DNA of 38,220 nt from a virus (IMGVR_UViG_3300023371_004649), one strand, 5' to 3'. Shown: positions 8,247 through 18,851, counted from the stretch's first letter. A program made the numbers and translations. Notes: generated from the sequence alone by a model not told the origin.

Positions 8247-8777
8247 ATGCCAATAAGCACAATAATTTATTTATCACTCATTGGAATTGCAATAATTGTA
8301 ACTATTATTTTTTCGATATATACGAACAAAAAACAAATTGAAAGATACAAAAAATTATTTTCGAAAGACCTTATTAAAAAATATGAAAACGATGTTAAAA
8401 ATTATCTAGGGGAAGATGTATATTATTCAAATTATAATGTAGATGATTTGTATGCTAAGTTTTTACCTGGAGAAAATATTAGCCCTAAACTTTCTTTTAA
8501 GGAAAGACTCTTTACTAAAGCTGGTATGCTAGTTATAGAAATTAGGGGCGCAAATAAAATTACAGAAATAGAAGATGAAATATGCGAGTATATGATAACT
8601 TCTCTTCTAATGCCATATACAAAAATAAGAGATAGAATTAAAGAAATTTCATATCCTACCCTTCCCAAAAAAGAAAGAATCAATTTCATCGAAAATTTAG
8701 CAGCTGAATATCATGTTAATTTCGATAATGCAGCACTAAGAGTAAAAAGTATTTTGTTACTAGAAAATCTAATTTGA
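8247..8777 (+). CDS. N-terminally membrane-anchored ImmA/IrrE-like protein lacking HExxH
   Basis: TM at the N-terminus. C-terminal EICEYMITSLLMP...LAAEYHVNFDNAALRV matches the IrrE/ImmA C-terminal pattern. ERLFTKAGML sits where RxFTxAHEL is expected. Confidence 0.55.
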   Translation: MPISTIIYLSLIGIAIIVTIIFSIYTNKKQIERYKKLFSKDLIKKYENDVKNYLGEDVYYSNYNVDDLYAKFLPGENISPKLSFKERLFTKAGMLVIEIRGANKITEIEDEICEYMITSLLMPYTKIRDRIKEISYPTLPKKERINFIENLAAEYHVNFDNAALRVKSILLLENLI

Positions 8778-8783
8778 GCAATA

Positions 8784-8810
8784 AACCACCAGTCAAATCG
8801 ACTGGTGGTT
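8784..8810 (+). terminator. Hairpin / probable terminator
   Basis: AACCACCAGTC-aaatc-GACTGGTGGTT; weak U tract. Confidence 0.55.
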
Positions 8811-8864
8811 ATTAATTTGAAAAACCTGTGATAAAATGAATTAATTTGATGGGAGGCGATACTT

Positions 8865-10331
8865 TTGAAAAAAATAAGAAATACTATTTTACTTTTTATT
8901 TTGCTTACAATATTATCATCACTAAATGTTTATGCAAGCAACTTTATAGATACCCCTGATGGGTCTTGGTATTCTAACTTTGTCCAATATGCATACGATA
9001 AAGGATGGGTTCAAGGCTATGGAAATGGTCTTTTTGGACCAAATGATACTCTAACCAATTCTCAAGCCGTAACAATTATTGTTCGTTCTACCAATTTATC
9101 TCCAACAGAAAATAAGGAACAATGGTATTCAGGATTTGTTGATGCTGCATATGAAGCTGGTTTTATTGAAGGAAAATATGATTGGGATGCACCAATTTCA
9201 AGATTCGAAATGGCGAAAATAATTATTAACGCGTACGATATTGAACCAACAGTAGTAAATGAACGTCATGAGGCACATGGCGAAACAACGATTTCCCCAT
9301 TTATTGATATTGATGACCCATATATTACATCTTTATATAACTATGGAATTATTACAGGTGTTTTAACTGAGGATGGATTAACTTTTAAGTCAAACAAAAC
9401 ATTAACAAGAGCTGAAATTTGTACTATGCTCACAAGACTAGATACCCACCCTATATTATCAGAAAAAATTAAAAATAAAGATTTTTCTACAAATGATTAC
9501 GTTAAAGGATACCAATATTTTATCGAAAAAAAAGCCTCTTATGATATGAATTCTAATAATTCAGAGAATATTGTAAATGGACTTTTATATATGGTAACCA
9601 ATGATTTATATGAGGTAAAATTTAATTATTACGGGGAAAAAGATTTAATAGAAGAAAAGGCCAATGAAATTTTTGATGTTTGGGAAACATTATCTTATGC
9701 ATACCCCGAATACTTCTCAATTTATTTTCAACATGGCATAATAACAGGATACGAAAAAGGACATTATACGCTCACTTTTTATACTTATCCAAGAGAAGTA
9801 TGGAACAGACAAGAAGCACTTGCAGAAAGAGCAATATTATTCAAAAATGCGAAACAAACTGTGGATGAACTTATTTTGTCTGGCAAAATTAAAGAAAATA
9901 TGACAGAAACAGAAAAAGCTTATGTAGTAGCTTCTTGGATAGTAGATAATGCACAATACGATTCGACCTTTGAAAGCAAGTCACATTATGGAAGTGATTT
10001 TTATAAAGATGGCACATTGGTTTGTGAAGGATACACTACACTTTATAACACAATGTTAAAATATCTAGATATAAATGTTTATGGTGTAATGGGAACATCT
10101 AATGGCGGGAATCATATGTGGAGTATTAATAATCTAGATGGCGCTTGGAAATATACGGATACTACTCATATGGACCCCATTGATTTAAATAACCCAACAA
10201 AACCGTATTTCAACAAAGAATATTTCAATCGAACCGAAGAAGAAATGTTAGAATTAAATCCAACAAGGAAAACAACTTACAAATATTTAGAGCAAATTGA
10301 AAATTATGAAATAGAAAGTTGGAAGATATAA
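8865..10331 (+). CDS. SLH-domain + transglutaminase-like surface protein
   Basis: Signal peptide; SLH repeats (FIDTPDGSWY...GYGNGLFGPNDTLT; LTRAE); C-terminal Cys-His-Asp triad VCEGY...HMW...YTDTT. Confidence 0.9.
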   Translation: MKKIRNTILLFILLTILSSLNVYASNFIDTPDGSWYSNFVQYAYDKGWVQGYGNGLFGPNDTLTNSQAVTIIVRSTNLSPTENKEQWYSGFVDAAYEAGFIEGKYDWDAPISRFEMAKIIINAYDIEPTVVNERHEAHGETTISPFIDIDDPYITSLYNYGIITGVLTEDGLTFKSNKTLTRAEICTMLTRLDTHPILSEKIKNKDFSTNDYVKGYQYFIEKKASYDMNSNNSENIVNGLLYMVTNDLYEVKFNYYGEKDLIEEKANEIFDVWETLSYAYPEYFSIYFQHGIITGYEKGHYTLTFYTYPREVWNRQEALAERAILFKNAKQTVDELILSGKIKENMTETEKAYVVASWIVDNAQYDSTFESKSHYGSDFYKDGTLVCEGYTTLYNTMLKYLDINVYGVMGTSNGGNHMWSINNLDGAWKYTDTTHMDPIDLNNPTKPYFNKEYFNRTEEEMLELNPTRKTTYKYLEQIENYEIESWKI

Positions 10332-10335
10332 AAAT

Positions 10336-10370
10336 AAGTGGTAGGTGCAATTTATGCACCTACCACTTTT
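10336..10370. terminator. Bidirectional intrinsic terminator
   Basis: AAGTGGTAGGTGCA-attta-TGCACCTACCACTT between convergent genes. Confidence 0.85.
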
Positions 10371-10373
10371 AGT

Positions 10374-11861
10374 TTATCTGCTATTGTAGAAATACTCCCA
10401 CAAGAAGTCTTCGATAGAAAAATCTTGATTAGGATTTTGAGGAATAATATTTTGTGGGATATTATTAACAACAGGCTCTTCTTCTACTTCTGGTTCAATA
10501 TATTCATCAAACACAATAGTTAATTCTATGTATTCTCCGCCTCTCCAAATTTTTAGAGATGCGGTTTCTCCAGCTTTGTAACCACGTTTAGCAGACAAAA
10601 GGTCACTAACTTTATTAACCTCTTTATCTCCTAACATCGTAATTATATCACCAATTTTCAATCCTGCTTTTTGAGCACAACTATCAGCATCGACAGAAGA
10701 TACATATGCACCAGGGACCATGCTATATTGCTGAATCATTTCTGCACTCATATCAGTTACAGATATACCCATGTAAGATTTATTTACTACCTTACCATAT
10801 TCCACCAAATCTGGCAAAATAGATGTAACATCATCGATTGGAATACAGAAACCCAATCCCTCAATAATTTCACTAGCATATTTAGCGCTAACAATCCCAA
10901 TTACTTCGCCATACATATTAAAAATAGGACCACCTGAGTTGCCTTGATTGACTGCACAATCTACTTGGAACATATCAATAGCAGTAAAATTATCAATTTG
11001 AATGTCTCTATCTACGGCACTTACAATGCCTTTTGTAATACTAAATGTTAATTCTCCCAATGGATTGCCAATAGCAACAACTTCTTCTCCAATTACAACA
11101 CTTTTGGATTCCCCAAGAGTAACGGGAACAAACTTGTCATTAGTTTCTAATTTGATAACAGCAATATCGTTATCTGCTTCAGAACCAATCAACTTAGCCG
11201 AATATTCTTTCCCGTTTGCCATAACAACTTTTATAGTTGTGGCATTTTCAATTACGTGATAATTTGTAAGAACATAGCCGTCTTCGGAAATAATAAAGCC
11301 AGAACCAGCTCCAGCAGAAACGTAATCCCCAAAAATACTAGGAGTTATAGTTTCAATATGAATTGCAACTATACTATCAATATTCTTGTTATAAATTTGA
11401 GACGCAGACATAATTTCACCACGTTCTACTTCATTCATAACAATCTTATTGACCTCCGAATCAGAAATATACACATTGGATTTATTAACTTTTGGAATAG
11501 CCAAAAAAATATTAATTGCGGTACAAAGCACCAGACACCCACAAATCATTTTCAAAACAACATTTTGTCTTTTAATGTTTTTTATTGTATCGTCTTCTTT
11601 TTCTTCTTTTACTTGAGAAATGACTGGCTCCATAGAAACTTCTTTTGTTTCTTCAGAAATTAACTCCTCAGCTTCTTTTAGTGTTTCTTTAACTGTTTCT
11701 ATAACTTCTTCAGGATTGTCGGAAATATTAAAATTCAAAGGCGGTAAAGAATCAGCATTTTCTTCCAAACTATCTTCAACCTGTTCTTCAACCAACTCAA
11801 AACCGTTCTCTGTTTTGTTTTTCAAATCTTCGTTTTCAAATTCTTTATTTTCGTTGGACAT
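10374..11861 (-). CDS. htrA: HtrA/DegP-family serine protease with PDZ
   Basis: Acidic cytoplasmic N-terminus, TM, triad TNYHV / DIAV / GNSGGP, and a C-terminal PDZ. Confidence 0.93.
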   Translation of the reverse strand: MSNENKEFENEDLKNKTENGFELVEEQVEDSLEENADSLPPLNFNISDNPEEVIETVKETLKEAEELISEETKEVSMEPVISQVKEEKEDDTIKNIKRQNVVLKMICGCLVLCTAINIFLAIPKVNKSNVYISDSEVNKIVMNEVERGEIMSASQIYNKNIDSIVAIHIETITPSIFGDYVSAGAGSGFIISEDGYVLTNYHVIENATTIKVVMANGKEYSAKLIGSEADNDIAVIKLETNDKFVPVTLGESKSVVIGEEVVAIGNPLGELTFSITKGIVSAVDRDIQIDNFTAIDMFQVDCAVNQGNSGGPIFNMYGEVIGIVSAKYASEIIEGLGFCIPIDDVTSILPDLVEYGKVVNKSYMGISVTDMSAEMIQQYSMVPGAYVSSVDADSCAQKAGLKIGDIITMLGDKEVNKVSDLLSAKRGYKAGETASLKIWRGGEYIELTIVFDEYIEPEVEEEPVVNNIPQNIIPQNPNQDFSIEDFLWEYFYNSR

Positions 11862-11899
11862 TATTGTACCTCCTTAAAAAACAATCATTCAATACGTAT

Positions 11900-11999
11900 A
11901 TTATAACAAATTTTCGTAAGAAAAACAAGAGAAAAAGTGTTTGTTAATTATCTTTTAATTCTTTGGTAAATTGACTTTTTGCAAAAAATATGTTATAAT
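11900..11999. promoter_or_regulatory. Divergent promoter pair
   Basis: Minus: TTGTTT-17-TATAAT (11900-11928). Plus: TTGACT-17-TATAAT (11971-11999) with ATATGTTATAAT. Confidence 0.8.
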
Positions 12000-12027
12000 A
12001 AATATATAACATTTAGGAGGAATAATT

Positions 12028-12375
12028 ATGGATAAGAAAGAAATGGTTCTATTAAAAGATATTGAAATCGAAGGTTTTAAAATCTCAAAAGGCAATTACA
12101 CTCTTGCGGAAAATAACATGTATTATACATTAAAATACCATCACCCAATGGGAATGGATAATATTTATAATATCCCAACTGCAATATTTAAAAACCATAT
12201 TAAGAAACACATTGTAGAACTTAGTATTCTAAAGAAAAATATTATCCAAGAAGGCTCTGAATTAGAAGTTGTGGTAGATGGTGAAATTAGAAAATATTCT
12301 GTAGAAGCTATTTATCCTACAAGCAGTAACGGTGGTACTCACTACGTAACCATAAATTTGGAGGCAATTGATTAA
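12028..12375 (+). CDS. Hypothetical protein (115 aa)
   Basis: AGGAGG SD; first gene of a 3-gene unit. Confidence 0.75.
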   Translation: MDKKEMVLLKDIEIEGFKISKGNYTLAENNMYYTLKYHHPMGMDNIYNIPTAIFKNHIKKHIVELSILKKNIIQEGSELEVVVDGEIRKYSVEAIYPTSSNGGTHYVTINLEAID

Positions 12376-12746
12376 TGCGCAATATTATCTGTTTAGTATT
12401 AACCATATGCGTTATTATGTCTTTATCTGCATGTTCTTTTGAACAAGACCCCAATTATACACCACCAGAACAACCCCATCTGTATTGGAAAGATATTGAT
12501 GTCGAAGTAACGAATGTAGACAAAAGACAATGGTTTGCTACGGTACATCGACGAATTGTAAATATAACTGTTTATAGCGAAGAATATAACCTTACGAAAA
12601 CTCTAACCTACGAAGACTCTGGCATGTGGATTAATAATCCCGCATGGGAATATAAAAAGGGAGACGTAATCAAGGCTCAACTATATTCTTGGGTTATGGA
12701 TAGTACAGGTGAAGTAGTGAAAAGAGATATAAACAAAATATATTAA
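12375..12746 (+). CDS. Putative lipoprotein
   Basis: Signal peptide ending LSAC; TAATG stop/start overlap. Confidence 0.75.
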   Translation: MRNIICLVLTICVIMSLSACSFEQDPNYTPPEQPHLYWKDIDVEVTNVDKRQWFATVHRRIVNITVYSEEYNLTKTLTYEDSGMWINNPAWEYKKGDVIKAQLYSWVMDSTGEVVKRDINKIY

Positions 12747-12758
12747 AGGGAGAAACCC

Positions 12759-13139
12759 ATGTTTTTCAAACAAAAAGCGATAAAACAATTAGAGAAAATA
12801 TTAACAAACAAATATAAATATCACACAAACAAGCCATCAACCATACTTAAAAAAGAAGACGATAACAACAAATATGAAATTTGTTTCTATAGATGGTTTT
12901 CTACTTTAAGAGTAAATCAACTTTGTGATATAGATGAATCATGGCATGATATTATCTGTGATACATTTAATAAATGGGCTCCAAAATTAGATGATAGATT
13001 AGAATTTGTTGCTTTATACGATGATGGAATAGAGTTGGAATTAAAAGAAGATATAAACAATGTAAATGCTGATTATATTATCTACTTAATGGACAAAATC
13101 ACAGACAAATTCAATGAACTTGTTTATACCTTAGAATAA
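12759..13139 (+). CDS. Hypothetical protein (126 aa)
   Basis: AAGGGAG SD; followed by a terminator. Confidence 0.7.
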   Translation: MFFKQKAIKQLEKILTNKYKYHTNKPSTILKKEDDNNKYEICFYRWFSTLRVNQLCDIDESWHDIICDTFNKWAPKLDDRLEFVALYDDGIELELKEDINNVNADYIIYLMDKITDKFNELVYTLE

Positions 13140-13140
13140 C

Positions 13141-13180
13141 AAAAAGAACTGTTCGGGGACTTCGAACAGTTCTTTTTTTT
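13141..13180. terminator. Bidirectional intrinsic terminator
   Basis: AAAAAGAACTGTTCG-gggactt-CGAACAGTTCTTTTT. Confidence 0.85.
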
Positions 13181-13181
13181 A

Positions 13182-14651
13182 TTATAACTTTTTATAAATA
13201 GGTTCAACAGTTAGATTGATGCCTAATCTTTTAATAATTGCCGCTTCTGCAGCGGGAAGAATAACTGTTGAATGCATTTCCGTATCTTTTAATTCCTCAA
13301 TACAATCAAGAGCTATTTGAGCTGTTTTATCTTGTGCAGCACAAATGGACAATGCAATCAAAGTTTCGTCAAGATTTAACCTAATATTTGAATTAAGACT
13401 ATTTCTCTTAAAGTTTTGAAGAGGAATTAATACATCTGGAGAAATTAAATGATGGTTATCATCAATTTGTGCAACATACTTTAAAGCGTTAAGAACAGCG
13501 GTGCTAGCAGCGCTAAGAATTTCAGTATCTCTACCATCTACTACGTCCCCGCCAAACATTTCAATAGCACAACATTCATCCCCAACTTTTTCTTTCTTCT
13601 CAAGAGCTTTTTTTACGACAAATCTATCACTAATTCTTACCTCTGCTTCTTTCATAATAAGCTCCATTTTATAAACGATATTTTTATCAGCTTTTCCATC
13701 TAAATTATCTTTGAGAGTGTGATAATATCTTCTTATGATTTCATTTTTAGCAGCATTACAAACGATTTCATCATTAATAATACAATGTCCAACCATATTA
13801 ACCCCCATATCAGTAGGAGACTTATAAGGGCTTTCCCCAAGAATCTTTTCGAACAAAGAATTCAAAACAGGGAAAGAATCAACATCTCGATTATAATTAA
13901 CACTAATTTCTTGATACGCTCTAAAATGGAACGGGTCAATCATATTTACATCCTGCAAATCAACAGTAGCAGCTTCGTAAGCAAGATTAACATGATGATT
14001 TATTGGAAGATTCCAAACAGGGAATGTTTCAAACTTAGCATAACCCGCTTTAATACCACGTTTATTGTCGTTATAAAGCTGAGACATACAAGCAGTCATT
14101 TTACCACTACCAGGCCCAGATGCAGTCAAAACAACAATAGGTCTAGTAGTTTCAATATAGTCGTTTTTACCAAAACCTTCATCACTGGCAATAAAATCCA
14201 GATTAGAAGGATATCCCTCAATAAATCTTACAATATAAACCTTAATCCCCATATTTTCAAGTTTCTTTTTAAAGGTATCAGCAGCTTGTTGCCCAGTGTA
14301 TTTAGTAATTACAACACTACCAACATAAAATCCTTCTTCTTTAAATTTTTCTATAAGTCTAACAGTGTCGGTGTCATAAGTAATGTTATAATCACCACGC
14401 ATCTTGTTATTAACGATATCAACCGCGCTAATAGCTACTACTATTTCAATTTTATCAGATAAAGACTTTAACATCTGCATTTTACTATCAGGTTTAAACC
14501 CTGGAAGCACTCTTGCAGCATGAAAATCATCAAATAATTTTCCTCCCAATTCAAGATACAACTTATCGCCAAATTTTTCAACACGTTCTTTTATATGTTT
14601 TGATTGTAACTCGATATATTTATCATTGTCAAATCCTATTAATTTAGGCAT
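13182..14651 (-). CDS. DUF1846 / UPF0371 family protein
   Basis: GFDNDKY...LYLELGGKLFDDFHAARVLPGF, P-loop ASGPGSGK, GYAKFETFPVWNLP, SPTDMGVNM. Confidence 0.92.
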   Translation of the reverse strand: MPKLIGFDNDKYIELQSKHIKERVEKFGDKLYLELGGKLFDDFHAARVLPGFKPDSKMQMLKSLSDKIEIVVAISAVDIVNNKMRGDYNITYDTDTVRLIEKFKEEGFYVGSVVITKYTGQQAADTFKKKLENMGIKVYIVRFIEGYPSNLDFIASDEGFGKNDYIETTRPIVVLTASGPGSGKMTACMSQLYNDNKRGIKAGYAKFETFPVWNLPINHHVNLAYEAATVDLQDVNMIDPFHFRAYQEISVNYNRDVDSFPVLNSLFEKILGESPYKSPTDMGVNMVGHCIINDEIVCNAAKNEIIRRYYHTLKDNLDGKADKNIVYKMELIMKEAEVRISDRFVVKKALEKKEKVGDECCAIEMFGGDVVDGRDTEILSAASTAVLNALKYVAQIDDNHHLISPDVLIPLQNFKRNSLNSNIRLNLDETLIALSICAAQDKTAQIALDCIEELKDTEMHSTVILPAAEAAIIKRLGINLTVEPIYKKL

Positions 14652-14683
14652 GCACTTGTCATCCTTTCTTTTTAAAAAATATT

Positions 14684-14971
14684 TTAAATATTTCTATTAT
14701 TATATTTACATTCATCAGAACACACTGGCTTCCCTGTTAATTTATCAGCATAATTTGTTCTTTCTCCACAAATTATGCAATTAGAAGTATCACATTCAAT
14801 AACATCCATCCCGTCCAGATAATGTGTGTTAATGCCAAATCTTCTACAAATTTCAGGATGTCTATTCTTTCTAGAAACCAACCACACATTATATTTTTCA
14901 TGCCAATATAATGTTGGATGAAATTCTTGACATTTAGGGCACCATATCCCATCCATTTCTATATTTATCAC
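14684..14971 (-). CDS. Small Cys-rich zinc-finger protein
   Basis: CPKC...H, C, CIIC...CSDEC; the start codon is uncertain. Confidence 0.7.
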   Translation of the reverse strand: MINIEMDGIWCPKCQEFHPTLYWHEKYNVWLVSRKNRHPEICRRFGINTHYLDGMDVIECDTSNCIICGERTNYADKLTGKPVCSDECKYNNRNI

Positions 14972-15071
14972 CCAAACACCCCCAAACCTCTTTTTATAAT
15001 TATATTACAGTTATCCCTGAGATATAGATAAAAAATAAATACCATCAAAAATTCGATGGCATTTATATAGA

Positions 15072-15623
15072 TTAGTTATTTCTAGTTTCTGCTAATTTAT
15101 CTTGATATGCTTGATATAAGTCGGATAGCCCACCACTAATAGCGTCAATATATTCTTGATTTTCAATAATCTCGACATTGCCATTTTCATCAGTAGTTTG
15201 TTCTACCTCTACTTCATTTGTAACCGTTTCAAATTCATTTTCTTCTAAAATTTCATTAATTTTTTCTTGAAGGAATTCAGTGATTTCTTTTTCCCCTTTA
15301 ATTAATGATAACTCTTCTTCGTATTCTTCAAAAACATCATCAAAAATTGTTTTTAAGTTCGGCGCTGTAATTTCTAACTTAACATAATCATCTGTAGTTT
15401 CAACTTCTTTAATCTCAAGGTTTTCTTTACCATAAAGTCCAACCATAACTTCCTCATATAAACCCTGAGCAAGTTCATTTAAATATTCATTATTTTTTAC
15501 TGTATCGACAACCTTGTCAGTAACTTCTTTTACTTCAGGATTTTCAAGTAATGAACAACCCGTTAACAAAGATGCTCCAATCGCCATGCAACAAAAAATA
15601 GATATTAATTTATATTTTTTCAA
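15072..15623 (-). CDS. Putative lipoprotein (acidic, 183 aa)
   Basis: MKKYK...SLLTGC lipobox; TTG start with AAGGAG SD. Confidence 0.8.
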   Translation of the reverse strand: MKKYKLISIFCCMAIGASLLTGCSLLENPEVKEVTDKVVDTVKNNEYLNELAQGLYEEVMVGLYGKENLEIKEVETTDDYVKLEITAPNLKTIFDDVFEEYEEELSLIKGEKEITEFLQEKINEILEENEFETVTNEVEVEQTTDENGNVEIIENQEYIDAISGGLSDLYQAYQDKLAETRNN

Positions 15624-15685
15624 AATAACTTCACTCCTTTATTAGTTTTTATATTGTATTATCACGAAATAATTATAATAACAAG

Positions 15686-15717
15686 AAAAGAGCACGTAGT
15701 TTTACTCTACGTGCTCT
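15686..15717 (-). terminator. Intrinsic terminator
   Basis: AGAGCACGTAG-loop-CTACGTGCTCT just after the ATPase stop. Confidence 0.75.
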
Positions 15718-15723
15718 AATTTA

Positions 15724-18366
15724 TTAATTATCTTTTTTGTTGAAAGGGACCATAATTTCATGAAGTACTAAAGGCATCATAGAAATTAAAGTAATCCCAA
15801 TCCACTCAACAAAACCAAGACTTACAGTTCCGAAAATATTAATTAAGAAAGGAACTTCAGTAACAAGTAGTTGTCCAACAAAACCAACAACAAAAGCAAG
15901 AATCATAATCTTATTATCCATCCACTTGAACTTAAAAATACTGCTTCTAATATCTCTCATCCCGATAGCATGGAATAACTGAGATACCGCCAATACACAG
16001 AATGCATAAGTACTAGCCCTAGCATAAATATCTCCAGCACCATAAGTGTCAACTAAGTTAGAAATACTAAACGAAATATCGTTAGCAGACATATACTGCA
16101 GAGCAGGGAATAAGTAGCTGCCCAAAGTAATAATAGCAATTAGAATACTATACATTCCAACCAACTTATAACCTCCATGGGCAAAAATAGATTCGTTCTC
16201 TTTTCTGGGAGGCTTATTCATAACATTGGAAGATGAGTTGGGGTCTACTCCAAGAGCAAAACAAGGAAGAGAGTCAGTGAGTAGATTTACCCACAAAATC
16301 TGAACCGCTTTCAAAGGAGTAGCTAAGCCAACTACCACAGAGGTAAACATTGTTAAAACTTCGCTAATATTAGCAGACAATGCGAACAAAATGGATTTCT
16401 TAATATTTTCATAAATATTACGACCTTCTTTAATAGCCTTTTCAATAGTTGTGAAGGAGTCATCCTGAAGAACAATATCTGCAGCGCCCTTAGCAACGTC
16501 GGTACCAGTGATACCCATTGCTACCCCAACGTTAGCAGCTTTCAAAGAAGGAGAATCGTTTACGCCATCTCCTGTCATGCTGACAATGAATCCATTATCT
16601 TGAAATGCCTTAACAATTCGAACTTTATGTTCAGGAGATACACGAGCAAAAATAGAAATTGTTTTTGCTCTTTCTCTCAATTCTTCATCAGACATCTTTT
16701 CTAACTCATGCCCCATAATACACTCATCTTCTCTTTCAGCAATTCCTAGGTTTCTAGCAATTGCGAGAGCAGTGTCCTTATGGTCACCAGTAATCATAAT
16801 AGTTTTTACTCCAGCACCCTTAAATACCTTAATAGATTCAATAACTTCAGGTCTTTCAGGGTCAATCATACCAACCATACCAATATAGGTAAGGTTTTGT
16901 TCAATAGCATCTTTATTATTTTTTCTAACAGCTACAGAAAGAACTCTTAATGCCTGATTAGACATTTCGGACATTGCAGACATAATTTTGTTTTTGTCAT
17001 CTTCCGTAATATCCCTTTCAACCCCATCAATCATAATCTTAGTACATCTTTTCAAAAGTTCATCAGTAGAACCCTTTGTATAAGAAATACAATCATTAGA
17101 ATCGGGAATTGAATGAACAGTTGTCATTAATTTTCTGTCAGAATCAAACGCCAATTCATTAATTCTAGGGTACAAGGCTTCTTGAGCTTTCTTTTCAATT
17201 TTATACTTTTTAGCAAAGGCAACCAATGCAGTTTCTGTTGGGTCACCGATTTCTTTGTTATCCATTGTAATGACGCTGTCATTACAAAGTAAGAAACCAT
17301 TAATCAATTCATGATTTTTACCAATATCAATATTTTCTAAATTAAGATATTGATGGTTGTTATATGCTTTTACAACTGTCATCTTATTCTGAGTAAGAGT
17401 ACCAGTTTTATCGGAACAAACATAGCTTACAGCACCAAGAGTTTCAACGGAAGGTAGTGTCTTAACAATCGCATTAACCTTTGCCATTCTCTGCATACCA
17501 AGTGCAAGAACAATGGTAACAATAGTAGGAATACCCTCTGGAATAGCTGCTACTGCAAGAGATACGGCACTCATAAGCATTTCAACAAGGTCTCTACCTT
17601 GAACAACACCAATAACGAACATCAAAGCGCAAATAATAACGGCTACAATACCCAACATTTTGCTTAAGTTATCCATTGCTTTTTGAAGAGGAGATGGTTT
17701 ATCCTTTTCTCTGCCAACCATGTCAGCGATTTTACCAATTTCAGTGTCCATACCAGTACGAACGACTTCGCCAACACCTCTACCATAAGTAACAATAGTA
17801 CTCATATAACCAAGGTCAAGACGGTCGCCAATGCCAGCATCAGCACCAGCGACAAAATTACTATCTTTTTCAACCGCAACAGATTCGCCAGTTAGCGCTT
17901 TTTCATCAATTTTAAGATTAATAGTTTCTAAAAATTTTAAATCCGCAGGAACTAATTGCCCAGCTTCAAGGGTTACAATATCGCCAACAACTAATTCTTC
18001 CGAGGAAATTTCTTTCTTTTCTCCATCTCGAATTACATTTGCCTTTAATATCGACATCTTTTTCAGCGCTTCTAGTGCTTTTTGAGCCTTACCCTCTTGG
18101 ACCACGCCAATTATTGCATTAGCAATAATAATGATTCCAATAATAACAGCTTCGCCATAATCTTTCAAAAAGACCGAAATAATAATAGCAGCTATCAAAA
18201 TAAAATTCGTAAAGTTTAAAAGTTGCCCCATAAACATCTCAAAAACGGTTTTTTGTTTTTCTTCTTTTAAACAGTTTGGACCGTTCTTTTCGAGTAATTG
18301 CTTTGCCTCTCGTTCAGAAAGGCCTTGATAATTTTTCATCGACAATAACAACATCCTTTCATTCAA
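15724..18366 (-). CDS. Cation-transporting P-type ATPase, Ca2+ type IIA (YloB/PacL-like)
   Basis: TGES, PEGIP, DKTGTLT, TGDH and TGDGVND motifs plus multiple TM segments. The true start may be near 18339. Confidence 0.95.
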   Translation of the reverse strand: MNERMLLLSMKNYQGLSEREAKQLLEKNGPNCLKEEKQKTVFEMFMGQLLNFTNFILIAAIIISVFLKDYGEAVIIGIIIIANAIIGVVQEGKAQKALEALKKMSILKANVIRDGEKKEISSEELVVGDIVTLEAGQLVPADLKFLETINLKIDEKALTGESVAVEKDSNFVAGADAGIGDRLDLGYMSTIVTYGRGVGEVVRTGMDTEIGKIADMVGREKDKPSPLQKAMDNLSKMLGIVAVIICALMFVIGVVQGRDLVEMLMSAVSLAVAAIPEGIPTIVTIVLALGMQRMAKVNAIVKTLPSVETLGAVSYVCSDKTGTLTQNKMTVVKAYNNHQYLNLENIDIGKNHELINGFLLCNDSVITMDNKEIGDPTETALVAFAKKYKIEKKAQEALYPRINELAFDSDRKLMTTVHSIPDSNDCISYTKGSTDELLKRCTKIMIDGVERDITEDDKNKIMSAMSEMSNQALRVLSVAVRKNNKDAIEQNLTYIGMVGMIDPERPEVIESIKVFKGAGVKTIMITGDHKDTALAIARNLGIAEREDECIMGHELEKMSDEELRERAKTISIFARVSPEHKVRIVKAFQDNGFIVSMTGDGVNDSPSLKAANVGVAMGITGTDVAKGAADIVLQDDSFTTIEKAIKEGRNIYENIKKSILFALSANISEVLTMFTSVVVGLATPLKAVQILWVNLLTDSLPCFALGVDPNSSSNVMNKPPRKENESIFAHGGYKLVGMYSILIAIITLGSYLFPALQYMSANDISFSISNLVDTYGAGDIYARASTYAFCVLAVSQLFHAIGMRDIRSSIFKFKWMDNKIMILAFVVGFVGQLLVTEVPFLINIFGTVSLGFVEWIGITLISMMPLVLHEIMVPFNKKDN

Positions 18367-18429
18367 AAAAATAACATTTTATCTTATACCATTTTGATTC
18401 ATTTTTTAAATATTTTTTGTCTTAATAAC

Positions 18430-18462
18430 AAAAAAGATTTTCCACACACGAGTGGAAAATCT
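18430..18462 (-). terminator. Intrinsic terminator
   Basis: AGATTTTCCAC-loop-GTGGAAAATCT with an A run on the plus strand. Confidence 0.8.
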
Positions 18463-18470
18463 CAATGTGT

Positions 18471-18851
18471 TCAGTTTTTTATTATTCTAATAAACTCTTC
18501 AAGAGAAATTTCTTTCCCATATTCATCAACAATCATATTGATTGCTGGGTCATATTTCTTTTTGATTTCTTCAAGCCCATTAGAATAAGAATAAAAAGAA
18601 AATCCCGAATGAGTTTTTGTACCCAACTCTTCCTCTTCATAACCCATTTCCCATTCAAGCTTACACATCATTTGAATAACAATATCTTCAGCATCCTCAG
18701 GAAAATCAGAATTGATATACTTACCATTAACTGACTCAGAATATTCTCGAATTTTTGTATTAATGTCTGCTTTAAGCCCTTCTAAAAACTTCAAATAATT
18801 TTCATGTTCTTCATGGTCTTTCTTATTTCTTAGATAATAACTTGTAGACAT
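18471..18851 (-). CDS. Phage-like hypothetical protein
   Basis: Start moved to ATG 18851 (GGAGGTGG SD). MSTSYYL...GTKTHSGFSF...VDEYGKEISLEEF resembles a small phage family (MGTNYY...DEYG; recollection). Confidence 0.75.
   Translation of the reverse strand: MSTSYYLRNKKDHEEHENYLKFLEGLKADINTKIREYSESVNGKYINSDFPEDAEDIVIQMMCKLEWEMGYEEEELGTKTHSGFSFYSYSNGLEEIKKKYDPAINMIVDEYGKEISLEEFIRIIKN

Noticed and set aside
13719-14462. 247-aa plus-strand ORF and other antisense ORFs inside htrA, the ATPase, ctpA and the 444-aa gene
   Set aside because: They fully overlap well-supported genes on the opposite strand and have low-complexity I/F/N/S composition.
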